In this document: positions 21,101-31,129 of the stretch, in pieces
Layout of the letters: every line of letters begins with the position of its first letter
Position numbering within the stretch: the first letter of the stretch is position 1
Program-made: the position numbers and the translations under genes
IMG/VR virus record: IMGVR_UViG_3300017917_003366
DNA: 52,843 nucleotides
From: a virus
Lineage: Duplodnaviria; Heunggongvirae; Uroviricota; Caudoviricetes
Reading direction: 5' to 3' (one strand)
The notes under the pieces: model-generated
Seen by the model: the letters and a program-made list of their open reading frames with translations, nothing else
Databases searched by the model: none
Told to the model about the DNA's origin: nothing

Positions 21101-23953
21101 GTAAATCGCTCCCCATTTTAACATAAGATGATATGGAACAAAATGTGTTGATGAAATCTCTCTAAATAAAGATGACATCAAAATTGTTTTACCACTAAAT
21201 GTGATGTTATCTTCTAAATCCAAAAATGGTAAAGATGTCAATAACAAATATGACGCACCAACATATCTACCGTAAACTGCGTTATTATTAAAATCACTAA
21301 ACAATTGTTTGTGGAAATAAGGTGTATTAACAATACTAACTAAATTGTTTCCCACTTTTAAATTTTGTGAGAACATATTGGTAGTGTAACCTTGTTTTAC
21401 CCACGCATTTGAGTTAACTGGTGAACAAACAAATCCTTGGTTAGGGTTTATACTCAGAACACCGTTAAACTTAAAATTATCATCCGTAAATGATGTAACA
21501 TCCAAGTAATCCAAATAAAGATTTGAATTGAACGGATATATGTTTTTTCTATATGGTTCAGGTACGTACTTTACTAATTCAGTATTAAGTTCATCTTTCT
21601 TAAATGATTTCGCGGTTCTTGATACGTCCACATATTTTTCCATTTTAAATGGATATTCAATAATCTCTTTAAGATATGGTACCGTAGGTATATTATCTCT
21701 AAAATATGGAAATCTCTCATATGGAGACGCACTTGGGATATAACCATCAAAAACTGTTGCGGTTTTTGGTTTTCCTTCCGAATCTAATTGTGGGGTATTA
21801 TCAGGATTTAATAACGGTGATGATGTTTTAAATCTAATTAATTTATCAACGTCCGTTAATTTCTTACAAAGAGATACTAAATCAATATCCTCACTTATTG
21901 TTTCAGCAACGTTTTCATATTCCTCATCAATTAAGTAATTTAAAAAGTTATTACTATATGAATCAAATAATGTGATGAACTTTGCTCTCTCATATAATTC
22001 ATACACAAACGATGAGAACACTTTATCTTGATATGGTATCTGTTCGTTTAAAACATCTAAACCACTAATGTCATCAATCTTACCTTTATCGAAATCTGTT
22101 TCAAAAATGTACTCAATATTACTTACGGTAGGTTCCGCAGATACATTTGTGTCTTTTCTGTTTGTTGTTATTTGAATAAACTCCTCAACAAAATCAACCT
22201 CCGGCCATAAATTTCTATCATTTGATTTTAATTTATTAACCAAATCAATATCACCGGGATAAGCAATAACATTTTGTTTTCCTGCTGCGGTTGGTTTTTT
22301 AACCTCCGGCCATGGATATATTGGTTGTCCCTTACCTTTTTGTTCATCAGTTAAACCCGCAAGAAGTGATGACCTTGCTTGAGCAGCATCAAACGCTTTA
22401 TCGTGCACATCTTTCATTAATCTGATATACACTTCAGCATTTGCCAATAACACCGCAAAAATATTTCTGATTGTTGGTTCAAATCCAAAACCTTTAGATG
22501 GGTCTTTGATGATTTCGTTCATCTTCTTTTCTACCTCATCTTCGAGTTTCTTTCTTTGTTCTTCAAAGGTTTTTCTAATTTCGTATATGTCATTAACCAA
22601 ATTATCAACACCAACAAGGACTTTCTTCTCACCATTAAGTTCGTAGTAATCTTTAACTGCCTTAACACTCTTTAAAGATACCTTCTTAAAGTCAGCCGTG
22701 GTTTTATTCATAAAACCATTTGTATATATCAATGCGGTATTAATCTGTTCTCTTCCGTTTTCAATAAGTTTTTCAAGAGTACCATTTTTATCCTTATTGA
22801 TAATCTTATCGGTTTTTGTTTTATCGTTACCTAATAAGAAATACCAATTTTCAGTTGTTGTGGTATTTGTTCCTGTTGTTTTTGTTTTGGTCACAAATTC
22901 TTTAGATACGTTAGTATTTGACCATGCTTTGATTGAATTTTCAAAATTATCTAATGCCTTCTCGATATCTTTAATACCCGAGAAAACTTCCATGGTTACG
23001 ACACTATTAAAGATTTGTTTTTCTAATATTTTGTCAAGCGATTCTGCCAAGTATCCTAACTCTTTTAGAGTTCTTACGGGCATGTCTTGAGGAACTAAAC
23101 CTTTTTGTTTATACTGAGCATAAATTGAACTCAATATTGCATATCCTCTTGAACCTCGGGATACGTTTTTTTCATATCTACCTGTGGATTCATTAAACTT
23201 TTTGTTTTCAACCTTTTCAGTTAAAAACATATATGGAGAATTGATTATTCCTGATAATGGAATGTCATTTAAGTATGCATATGTTGAACCAACAAAAGTA
23301 GTTGATACTTCAAAGTTACCGTTTGAATCGTTAAACCTTGAACTAAACTTTACCATGTGTAAACGATATCTAATCGCCTTACCATAATAACCTTTTACTG
23401 TTAAATAGAATATTGGCCACGGAATGTGGAAAAATGCACGATAAGGTGAGGTTTCCGATGATTCGAATAATACTTTACCTCTTACGTCAACAAAATTAAT
23501 CGTTACTTGTGGTGTAAAATTGGCACCTTTAACTACGATATTAATTGAATCGATACCAAAGTTTTGACCTGTTGGGTCCGTAAACGCCGTAGGTCCAAAA
23601 GTTAAATCGTTACCGTTTCTATAATTTGATTCGGCACCTTCTATCGGTTTTGGAACAAAAGAATCTGTCCACGATGAATCGAAGTTTCCATCACCACTTT
23701 GATTTCTTAAAAAATTTAAATTTCCCTTTGCCACACTAACAAGTGTGCTTCCTTGAGATTCAGCAATAAGTCGACTTCTCGGAATCAAATCTGCTTCCAA
23801 GTTTGCATACATCACCAAATTTTCTTGTTTTAATCCCCTTGGTTGGATACTTCCGTCCGCATCTACAACACTGTTTGGGTCAACATAAATAAGATTGTTT
23901 TGGTCAACTTTTACAAGTATGTTTTCACTATTTGATAAATCACTGTTCCCCAT
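18173..23953 (-). CDS. Giant baseplate hub-like protein (gp27/VgrG/late control D-like with large insertions), 1926 aa
   Basis: FGIDSINI...PQVTINFVDVRG near the N-terminus and CMGNVMIQPTMYFYL..IPMFKGTYWITEVSHSI hub-like strands; follows the LysM-like gene. Confidence 0.6.
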   Translation of the reverse strand: MGNSDLSNSENILVKVDQNNLIYVDPNSVVDADGSIQPRGLKQENLVMYANLEADLIPRSRLIAESQGSTLVSVAKGNLNFLRNQSGDGNFDSSWTDSFVPKPIEGAESNYRNGNDLTFGPTAFTDPTGQNFGIDSINIVVKGANFTPQVTINFVDVRGKVLFESSETSPYRAFFHIPWPIFYLTVKGYYGKAIRYRLHMVKFSSRFNDSNGNFEVSTTFVGSTYAYLNDIPLSGIINSPYMFLTEKVENKKFNESTGRYEKNVSRGSRGYAILSSIYAQYKQKGLVPQDMPVRTLKELGYLAESLDKILEKQIFNSVVTMEVFSGIKDIEKALDNFENSIKAWSNTNVSKEFVTKTKTTGTNTTTTENWYFLLGNDKTKTDKIINKDKNGTLEKLIENGREQINTALIYTNGFMNKTTADFKKVSLKSVKAVKDYYELNGEKKVLVGVDNLVNDIYEIRKTFEEQRKKLEDEVEKKMNEIIKDPSKGFGFEPTIRNIFAVLLANAEVYIRLMKDVHDKAFDAAQARSSLLAGLTDEQKGKGQPIYPWPEVKKPTAAGKQNVIAYPGDIDLVNKLKSNDRNLWPEVDFVEEFIQITTNRKDTNVSAEPTVSNIEYIFETDFDKGKIDDISGLDVLNEQIPYQDKVFSSFVYELYERAKFITLFDSYSNNFLNYLIDEEYENVAETISEDIDLVSLCKKLTDVDKLIRFKTSSPLLNPDNTPQLDSEGKPKTATVFDGYIPSASPYERFPYFRDNIPTVPYLKEIIEYPFKMEKYVDVSRTAKSFKKDELNTELVKYVPEPYRKNIYPFNSNLYLDYLDVTSFTDDNFKFNGVLSINPNQGFVCSPVNSNAWVKQGYTTNMFSQNLKVGNNLVSIVNTPYFHKQLFSDFNNNAVYGRYVGASYLLLTSLPFLDLEDNITFSGKTILMSSLFREISSTHFVPYHLMLKWGAIYHRYKKQITTGDDILDGFVNIANTTQGITGSTLFDGGYTGTTYTGFTVSATTLTNATDVGVAPFYQALYHQIVNGYNHYTVMSGNTSYSAQTATNKIIHKKEVKNNNYWSVFVDNSQYIPTDLYYTLLPSNGFNSSDLVNKNTETIDFARQYNFRSLWKDESITSEFSGRTFASHSEYPRNYVSGSTTDNVYSIDTNYRKVIDLIGTFSPKILEAFEEMFLDFASEKGNDEVPYQTFTNVRYPKFQDLLKDISTVKKETSDFIGSDILLNTLKTRQSNKMEVITSNLLNSENLIKFTLANPKEIDPYTFYGMGLPSPISLYNEQPFDVADVTSTNLGLIKLYIGEDIDGYYQNFFSINDIKLNEENIIRYRPMAQIYGGYRKAGGTNTKVAFKEYLRTSIFQGNTNGIHAAGSDQRLKYFLTQLLKKISSETGVKQNNESSQIRLYRGYNTDQTKLEVYNTLKSFNDKWTAGNSIGQRLLLEEFLFLDKANRDIGDKFFLNIDKILPLLNPKNSNQNLYGAISMLIQGTGLDMRALPAYVNFYGTNLRTKSKIAPSKSVAKNLFGTFLEVDYQESSPKIIIQLVGNSSKRPDMSNSKEYKFADDSFYIGSVNNNPLVITSLEGFSVNDLSKSNKVVAFEVSFGDQNQGIFKGIQLDQSTLKNTSESFVVLENLARSESGAGAYNVDVSLFDYYKQASYRCEISCMGNVMIQPTMYFYLKNIPMFKGTYWITEVSHSIKGNVINTSFVGTRIPYTSLPDPKDSFIASYRVLFDKMTSKAKAILKQQESTKTGTQKPVVYDGVSYITDMGSVSVPGEEITKTTPKVGITEFGVPYNGYNNEPAIQKVDNGDTWLRAIVVKMGGEKYPIESGTTFNIAEGVKWGDVSGSNMKFYNTKFQLGTANAAKVRTAKTTFKNPKNNKTLTLNPNYQLDVNLGPITVQGPISVGPKVDGYGMGMSPALMSELGIHEGEVIYFKMS

Positions 23954-24266
23954 AATATAAGTTATACAATTCTACGCCTCTTTTATAATCTTGTAAAGAG
24001 GTAGTCAAAGGAAATGGTATTCTTAGTAAAGAATTATTTGGTATGGTAAATTCAAGACTTCCAACCAAAGGATTTGCCATTAAAATTAACCACCCATAAA
24101 CAGGACTTCCATAATATTCTTGTGATATTTTATCTAACCTATTCTTACCTCTTTTGTACAATACATATTTGTCGGTTGTTTTAATAGGTATTTCAATACC
24201 CGGTACGATTCTGAAATCACCATCCTCCACAAAGAATTGATATCTGTCAAAGTATTCTCTTGCCAT
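23940..24266 (-). CDS. LysM-like baseplate protein (gp53 / tail X-like)
   Basis: RLDKISQEYYGSPVYGWLILMANP...LRIP motif. Confidence 0.8.
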   Translation of the reverse strand: MAREYFDRYQFFVEDGDFRIVPGIEIPIKTTDKYVLYKRGKNRLDKISQEYYGSPVYGWLILMANPLVGSLEFTIPNNSLLRIPFPLTTSLQDYKRGVELYNLYYGEQ

Positions 24267-27200
24267 TACTTCTTAATTTTATAATAATTTAATTTAGTAC
24301 CAAGTGGTAGATTATCTGAATGTACCTTTTTTGCTTCATCAACAACTGATGTGTTTGTTTCTGCAGCTTCGGTTATTGTAAACACAATATCCTTTTTATT
24401 TTTTCTCTCCTTAAACTTACTAAACTTAAAGTTTTTAGTTTTTGGTGTGTCAACAAATTTTTCAATTTTGTTTCTTATTTTGTTTCTAACATTTTCAGGA
24501 AAAATAATTGTATCCTTTTCGTATTCCTTAACAATTGCATCCACATTATCTGCCAACATTACTTTCATAATGTTCTCAAAATCCACTGATGAAATTACAG
24601 GATTTTGGAAGTTGATTGATGTTGTTAAATCATCATACATTTTTGGTGTATTCTTTTCTATGTAATCAATACATGACGAATATGGGTCGTACAATAAATC
24701 ATAGGTGAATCCCGATAAAGTCGCTGACGTTGCAGTTTCTCCTGAAATTTTAGTATCCTTACCAAACTTAACAACAAAGTTTACTTTGTCTAATGACGTA
24801 ATTAAAGTATTTCTTGTTTTTTCCAAATCCTCAAATGGATTCTTATCTGTTAATTGGTTTACTTTGTCTTCAATATATTTCTTTATCAACGGTTTAATTA
24901 ACTCATTTGATTTAGATAATTTTGGTGGTGTTAACTCGTTATCCAAATTCATCATGGTTGATAAATCTGTACTTTCAAGTTGTGTGATTAATCCACTTAA
25001 CAAACCTCTTTTAAGAACCGATAATTCTTTTGATTTTGGATATTGTCCAAATATTGAAATGGTTTTACCCGGTGTTGTATTTGTTGTGGTGTAAACATCA
25101 TATTGATGGACACTTCTATATGTTGGGTCAAATAACATTTTACCGATTTCAGGTCCGTACTTCGGAATGATATCGTTATATGTTTTTTCGTATGATTTAA
25201 AATACGCGTCTGTATTTGTGAATACTTCATCCACCAATGGTGAGTATTGTAATGCGGTCGTACCACTTAGTGTACCAACGTAAACACCCTCACTTATTTT
25301 GTTAGCATTTTGTGTTTCGGGACCTTGTGGTGGTTTTGCCGCTGCCGATAATAATTCCTCAAGGAACTTTTTACTAAATGCTTCATATTTCTTTTTCTGA
25401 GCATCATCCATTGATGATATTGACCTTTCATCGTACATCTCTGTATTAGCAAAGAAGTTCGATGACAATGCATTTTGTAATCTCTCAATTGGTTTTGATA
25501 AACCTTGTCCCCCGATGAACGCAATTTGACATGTCACATTCGCAATCATTGGTTGTACACCAATACCCTCAGGGTTTAAATCCCACGGAGAATCATCGTA
25601 AGTGATATTCACATCACGAATAATAATTTTAGAGTGGTAGAAATCACCAATTCGTAAAACACAAACAGGTGGAGGTCCAAATGTTGTATTTCTCGCATTT
25701 AAATCCGCATCGTCCGCAATTCCTTTAATAGGTATTGTATCACCCGGTCTTACGCATTGTAACATGAAAGTTAAACGTGCGTTCAAACCTTCAGGGGTTG
25801 TTGAGTGGAAACCCGGATGGAAGTATTTTAATTTCTCTTTTAATGATTTAAACGCTACAGGAGAATCTTCCTCAAGTTTCTTGAAGTAATAACACTCCGA
25901 AAGTGTTTTCATTATAATTCTCTTTAATGGGTCAATTGCCGGCTTCTTTGTTGGTGATGGTTTAATAATATCTTCACCCGGTTCAATTCTTGTAACCGGA
26001 GTTGGTGTAGGTTGTGGTGTTGGTTGTTCAGGTAGTTTATAATAATCAAATGACACTCGAGATTGACGACAGAAGAACGCAATCGGGGAGTGTTTTTTCA
26101 ATCCTTTAACTGTTATAAATTCTTTACCCTTACAGTATGTGTCCAAGTTTGGATTCGTTCCTGTAAAGTTTTCACCGTAGTTTACACTTTCAATAATAAT
26201 GGTACCCTGATTATTTTCATAACCAAGTTCACTTAATTTATATTCTCTTCTAATACCAATTGGTTGACCTCTTTTAACCACAACTTTATTTGCGGGATTT
26301 TCAGGGTCAGTTTGACTTTCAGATTCGTTAATTGTTTTTACCCATCTAGCCGACAAATCGGGTTTTGTACCACCATTTGATATCTTATTAAAAAAATCAT
26401 TAATAATACTTGAACTTCTTCTTAACGCAAGTTTCTCATTGTATAGTTCTGATGCCACTGATGAACATGAAGATTCAACACTTAAATAAATCTTCTGTAT
26501 TTTATTATCAGATATCAATTGTTTAAGTTCCGCAGCTTTAGTTGCGTATTTGTTGTATTCCGCAAAAGCGGTGTCAAAATAACCACTTAATTTATTTGTT
26601 TGTTCAACTACTTTATCATTAGTGATTACAGTGTTTGGGTCACCAAAAACATATTCTTTTTCTTTTTTAATTTGAGAAGTAACTGTTAATCCAGTAATAC
26701 TTCTTAAATCAGCGTCTAATCCCGCAACTTCACTTGCCTTTTTACCCGTAGTTGAGTTATTACCGATAAATGAATCAAATAATGATTGGTAAGGGGTACT
26801 TACATAAAGTGATTGTAAATTTGGTCCCGGAATATCGTTTTCATATTTTAAAACAATCATTCCTGAACTTACTTTATTGTCAGTTTGATTGGTCCCGCTA
26901 CCACCGGTTTCGGGGATTTCAACGGGGTCAATTATTGTTTTGTATGTTTTAATTACCTCAGGGTCTTTAGCTTTTTCGAGATAAGCTTGGATTAATTTAA
27001 TATCATCAGAATCCAAGTATGTATATCTTCTAATTAAATCATAGAAATCAAGGTCCTTACAACCCGCAAAGAATGCGTTGATGTAATTTTCTGCTTCCTC
27101 ATCACTCATATTTCTAAAGTGTTCTCTAACCAATAGATTTAAAATACTTGGGTGGTCAACAACCACTTTAAATGATAACTGACCTGTTCTTGATGTATCT

Positions 27201-29056
27201 TGATATGTGTAAATTGGTTCGGGTCTTCCTAAGAAAGTATTGTCAGTCCAACGAGCCGAGTTTTGTTCACTGATTTTTAAATCGTATGGTGGGAACCACA
27301 TTACACGTCCACCGTTAGGACCTCTTTCACAATACGGTAAATCATTATATGTGAAACCTGGAGTGTTTGATGTTCTCCAAGCTAAGTTCTCAATAGAGAA
27401 CATATATTTTTTAGCATAAAATCCGTCTCCCTTTTTGAATATGTTTGTTGAAAATCCTTCGAATTCTCTGTCACCATTTGACATTGGTGCAATATTCAAA
27501 TTCCATGGGGTTGACATAACACTATCTTCGAACTTACGGATATTACCGGTTCTTTTCATAGTGTCAGAGTAGTTCATATAACCTCTATCTTTTGTCCAAA
27601 CTCTACAATACTCAACACCAGTGGTTTCATTTGTATATTGGTCAACATATTGGATTGCAGAACCTCTTGATATCATTGATTCACCTTCTTTGAATACTCT
27701 ACTTGTTTGGTCAATAACGTTACCAACGTGAGTTCTTGCCGCTAAACCATCTTTTGGCATTGAATCAAGAATCTCTTGTGTTTTACCTAAAATAGAATCT
27801 TCTCTAAAACCATATTTTGTAGATAATGAATCATTTAATTGTGTCGCTTCTTGAGCCCACTCTTTATTGTGTAAACCTAATTCATTTCTTGAGTTAGTAC
27901 TAATCCAAGTTAGTTTACTACCAATTTGACCACCTTCAGTGATATTCTTTCTTCTTTCGAATAATTCAGCCGCAACAGGGTCAAACATCAAACTCAAATA
28001 GTAATTACTTTTAACAGTATTACCATTAAAATCTGACATTGTATATTTTACATCTTCACTTCTATCATCACCAATATATGCTTCACCTCTTGGTGCTTCT
28101 AATCCTAAAATAGATTTTACACCTTGAGCAACACTATTGACAAAGTTGAAAAGTTTTGATGATTGTTGTGACCTTGCAGTTGTTGTATAGTTAGGTGCAT
28201 ATTTTGAATATGAAAGGTTATCATACAGAACTTGTTTCTGTCCTTCACCCATATATTCAATCATTAAGTCAGAAGGTTTTCTTGAAAGTTTTGGTCTTCT
28301 TTGAATACCAATCAATGAACCTAATGCTCCTGTAATATCTTGTAAAATCGCACCGGCTTGTGTTCTTGGTTCAGGACGATTTTCAATTGGGTTTTGTGGA
28401 TTACTTAAATAATCTCCCGGTATTTCACTAAATGGAAATTCTACACCGGCAACCGTTTGTAAAAAGTCAATTCCTTTACCTGCCAATGTTTTAGCAACGG
28501 TAATTTTATAATTCTTTTCAACTAATGGTTCTCTACCTGTAGCAATATTAATTGCAGTTGCCAAGTTACCATTTAATGCATCCGCTAATCTAACTCGACC
28601 TAAAGTAGCCGAGGTTAAGTTTTGTGTAATTCTAGCAAGAACAGGTCCTTGTTTATTTTCTCGAATATTCTGTGATGCGAATCTCATCAATCTCGAATCA
28701 TTATCGAAATTGTCACCTGACATAATACCAATCAATCCTGTTGTTACCGGTTGAAATGAATTTATGTAACCCGAATAAACAACACCGTTATTCCCAATTT
28801 GTAAATTGAGATTTGATAAAAATTCATATTCTCTAAATGAGTCGGGTTGGAATAAGTTTAATCCAAAACTTCCCCCATACGCCGCGGCCCATCCTGTTTT
28901 AACATCTCCCGGGTCGACATTTGAAAGATTACTTAAATTTTGAACCGCATAATTTGTACTCGTAAACGTTTGTGGACCAAACGGTCTTTGTAGGGTTTTT
29001 GATATTAGAAAATCCCTAAAAGTTGCGGTGGTATTAAAATCTAAATAAGTTGGCAT
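24266..29056 (-). CDS. Giant tail-tube-initiator-like baseplate protein with OmpA-like insert, 1596 aa
   Basis: Tube-like halves W....FLGRPEPIYTY....R...LSFKV and PPVCVLRIGDFY....IIRDVNITYD flank an SSVASELYNEKLALRR segment; lies between tape measure and LysM genes. Confidence 0.6.
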   Translation of the reverse strand: MPTYLDFNTTATFRDFLISKTLQRPFGPQTFTSTNYAVQNLSNLSNVDPGDVKTGWAAAYGGSFGLNLFQPDSFREYEFLSNLNLQIGNNGVVYSGYINSFQPVTTGLIGIMSGDNFDNDSRLMRFASQNIRENKQGPVLARITQNLTSATLGRVRLADALNGNLATAINIATGREPLVEKNYKITVAKTLAGKGIDFLQTVAGVEFPFSEIPGDYLSNPQNPIENRPEPRTQAGAILQDITGALGSLIGIQRRPKLSRKPSDLMIEYMGEGQKQVLYDNLSYSKYAPNYTTTARSQQSSKLFNFVNSVAQGVKSILGLEAPRGEAYIGDDRSEDVKYTMSDFNGNTVKSNYYLSLMFDPVAAELFERRKNITEGGQIGSKLTWISTNSRNELGLHNKEWAQEATQLNDSLSTKYGFREDSILGKTQEILDSMPKDGLAARTHVGNVIDQTSRVFKEGESMISRGSAIQYVDQYTNETTGVEYCRVWTKDRGYMNYSDTMKRTGNIRKFEDSVMSTPWNLNIAPMSNGDREFEGFSTNIFKKGDGFYAKKYMFSIENLAWRTSNTPGFTYNDLPYCERGPNGGRVMWFPPYDLKISEQNSARWTDNTFLGRPEPIYTYQDTSRTGQLSFKVVVDHPSILNLLVREHFRNMSDEEAENYINAFFAGCKDLDFYDLIRRYTYLDSDDIKLIQAYLEKAKDPEVIKTYKTIIDPVEIPETGGSGTNQTDNKVSSGMIVLKYENDIPGPNLQSLYVSTPYQSLFDSFIGNNSTTGKKASEVAGLDADLRSITGLTVTSQIKKEKEYVFGDPNTVITNDKVVEQTNKLSGYFDTAFAEYNKYATKAAELKQLISDNKIQKIYLSVESSCSSVASELYNEKLALRRSSSIINDFFNKISNGGTKPDLSARWVKTINESESQTDPENPANKVVVKRGQPIGIRREYKLSELGYENNQGTIIIESVNYGENFTGTNPNLDTYCKGKEFITVKGLKKHSPIAFFCRQSRVSFDYYKLPEQPTPQPTPTPVTRIEPGEDIIKPSPTKKPAIDPLKRIIMKTLSECYYFKKLEEDSPVAFKSLKEKLKYFHPGFHSTTPEGLNARLTFMLQCVRPGDTIPIKGIADDADLNARNTTFGPPPVCVLRIGDFYHSKIIIRDVNITYDDSPWDLNPEGIGVQPMIANVTCQIAFIGGQGLSKPIERLQNALSSNFFANTEMYDERSISSMDDAQKKKYEAFSKKFLEELLSAAAKPPQGPETQNANKISEGVYVGTLSGTTALQYSPLVDEVFTNTDAYFKSYEKTYNDIIPKYGPEIGKMLFDPTYRSVHQYDVYTTTNTTPGKTISIFGQYPKSKELSVLKRGLLSGLITQLESTDLSTMMNLDNELTPPKLSKSNELIKPLIKKYIEDKVNQLTDKNPFEDLEKTRNTLITSLDKVNFVVKFGKDTKISGETATSATLSGFTYDLLYDPYSSCIDYIEKNTPKMYDDLTTSINFQNPVISSVDFENIMKVMLADNVDAIVKEYEKDTIIFPENVRNKIRNKIEKFVDTPKTKNFKFSKFKERKNKKDIVFTITEAAETNTSVVDEAKKVHSDNLPLGTKLNYYKIKK

Positions 29057-29070
29057 CTATGTTTTTACTA

Positions 29071-29078
29071 TATAAATA
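29071..29078 (-). promoter_or_regulatory. Putative late promoter motif TATTTATA
   Basis: 14 nt upstream of the ATG at 29056; flanks nearly identical to the site at 5971. Confidence 0.65.
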
Positions 29079-29099
29079 GAATTTTATTTATTTTACTGT

Positions 29100-30962
29100 T
29101 TAATTTTGTAGGTATCCGCCCTTTTCCCATTGTTGTTTAAACGAATCGTGGAAAACAGGGTCTGTATAGAGACTTCTCTTTAAATTATCACTAGTCACAT
29201 CTCCCATTTGGAAATTATGATTATGTGTATGTTCTTGTGGTTGTGGGTTTGTTGTGGTGGTATTACCTTGTTTATCTTTTAATCCCGCCTTAACAGCCGC
29301 CTCATCCATCATACCTCTTATTTCTTCTCCACCTGCCCTAATACTTGATGCTGCGGTTGTTGCACCTTCTTTAGATGAGTTCGCAATTTTTGCCGGGTCA
29401 AATCCAAGAGTTTTAACTAATTGTGTACCCGTCTTACCAAATTCTATTCTTAATAATGCGGCAATGAAATTCATATCTCTTGATATGTTTTCAGTATCTG
29501 TTGCTTGTTTTCTAACAATATCCTCAGTTGATAATTTTTTAAATTCATCTTGGAATTCCATTAATTTACCAACTTGTGCGTCTGTTAACTCCTCAAGTGC
29601 AACTTCATTTTTTCCAAAATATTCTTTCATTTTATCACTTTGAAGTTCAATGGTCATTCTACCACCCTTCATTGTTGATATGTTTGTTAAAAACTCTTGT
29701 TGGTCGTCACTTAAACTTAATCCACTAGCCAACAATTCAGATGCCGCGGACGACCTTTCGGCAGCCGCAATTGCACCGTTAGCCAATTCACTATATGATA
29801 TACCAAGTTCGGCAGCCATCGCCTTTGCCTTTCTAAGGTTAACACCAGTGATTTCAAATCTACCTTGTTCTTCATTATATGTTGCTAACGAACCGGCAAC
29901 ACCAATCAACGCATCTTGTAATCCTTCAACGTTATTGGTCGCCATATACATTAATTTTAATGGGTCGTTGAAGTCACCTATTGCGCCGCCAATCGCTTGT
30001 AAATTTGCAGCCATATCAATTGCCTTATCAGGGTCCATTACATCATCCGCAATTTTAAATGCGGTTTCCATACTCATTCTGAACTCAATTGATTTTTGAA
30101 CCATTTTTGTAAGACCTTGAATACCATTTTGGAAACCGTATTCATTTATCTTACCAATATTTGCACCTAATTCTTTTGTTACTTTTTGTGCTTGTAATCC
30201 AAGAGCTATCGAACCTTTACCGGCCTTTTCAATTTGAGCGGTGGCATCAGAAGCCCCAACACCAATTTTTTCAAACGCAGGATACATTCTAACTAAATCA
30301 CTAAGAGTACCAACATATGCAGCAGATGTTTTACCTGCCTCTTTCCATGATTGACTATTTAACGCTAAAAATCTACCCGTATCTTGAACTAACGAAACCG
30401 CAGCATCTGATAATTCTTGAAACCCAATCCCCATCCTTAATAATTCAGGATTGGTATTTGTCAATTCTTCTCTTATTGCTTTAGAAAACTCCCCAGTTAA
30501 TCCGGCCTCTTTATTTATTTGACCTAATAATTCTGTTTGTTGTTGGTAATATAAACCTACTTGTCCCGAAGTTTCCTTCCACACTTTTTTTAAAAGGTCC
30601 ATTCCCCCAAGTAAATTACCTTGAGCGTCTAACATCCCACTTATCAATCCCGACATTTTAATGTACTCTTGACTCATGTTCGGTAAATAACCCTGTTGTT
30701 CTTGAGTTTCGACAACACCTGAAATTGCACCTAAAACTCCTCCGGTGACCTTTTGAAATGTATTTGCACCTTTATCCCCATCCCCACCATTTCCGGTTGA
30801 ACCTGAGCCTGAACCAATATAACCTTGTGAAAAAATTTGTTGGTCTCTTTGAGAAAGTGATTGTCCGTTGTTTAAACTTTTAGCATATGCATCGGCTTGA
30901 GCAGAGCTGTAATTCATTCTCCTCGCATCTTCTCCAGCTTTTTTCCAATCAATTGTTGCCAT
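29100..30962 (-). CDS. Tail tape measure protein, 620 aa
   Basis: Ala/Gly/Gln-rich helical composition; canonical position after tube and chaperone. Confidence 0.7.
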   Translation of the reverse strand: MATIDWKKAGEDARRMNYSSAQADAYAKSLNNGQSLSQRDQQIFSQGYIGSGSGSTGNGGDGDKGANTFQKVTGGVLGAISGVVETQEQQGYLPNMSQEYIKMSGLISGMLDAQGNLLGGMDLLKKVWKETSGQVGLYYQQQTELLGQINKEAGLTGEFSKAIREELTNTNPELLRMGIGFQELSDAAVSLVQDTGRFLALNSQSWKEAGKTSAAYVGTLSDLVRMYPAFEKIGVGASDATAQIEKAGKGSIALGLQAQKVTKELGANIGKINEYGFQNGIQGLTKMVQKSIEFRMSMETAFKIADDVMDPDKAIDMAANLQAIGGAIGDFNDPLKLMYMATNNVEGLQDALIGVAGSLATYNEEQGRFEITGVNLRKAKAMAAELGISYSELANGAIAAAERSSAASELLASGLSLSDDQQEFLTNISTMKGGRMTIELQSDKMKEYFGKNEVALEELTDAQVGKLMEFQDEFKKLSTEDIVRKQATDTENISRDMNFIAALLRIEFGKTGTQLVKTLGFDPAKIANSSKEGATTAASSIRAGGEEIRGMMDEAAVKAGLKDKQGNTTTTNPQPQEHTHNHNFQMGDVTSDNLKRSLYTDPVFHDSFKQQWEKGGYLQN

Positions 30963-30965
30963 ACC

Positions 30966-30973
30966 TATAAATA
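30966..30973 (-). promoter_or_regulatory. Putative late promoter motif TATTTATA
   Basis: 3 nt upstream of the tape measure ATG. Confidence 0.6.
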
Positions 30974-31129
30974 CTAATTTGAAGTATTTTCCAATTCAAT
31001 TAGGTAATTTATATAATACCTTCTTATATAAACCGGCATGGAGATGATATCTCCATATGAAAACCCTCGTTTAATGAGGAATAATATTTCGTCAAGTTGA
31101 CCTTTCTTATAATCCGTAGAAAGGGCGAA
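30974..31129 (-). CDS. Start-less gp51-like ORF, probable frameshift extension of the upstream chaperone
   Basis: +1 frame reads FALSTDYKKGQLDEILFLIKRGFSYGDIISMPVYIRRYYINYLIELENTSN*. It fills the whole gap, and there is no ATG/GTG/TTG between the upstream in-frame stops and the late internal Met. Confidence 0.65.
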   Translation of the reverse strand, partial: FALSTDYKKGQLDEILFLIKRGFSYGDIISMPVYIRRYYINYLIELENTSN

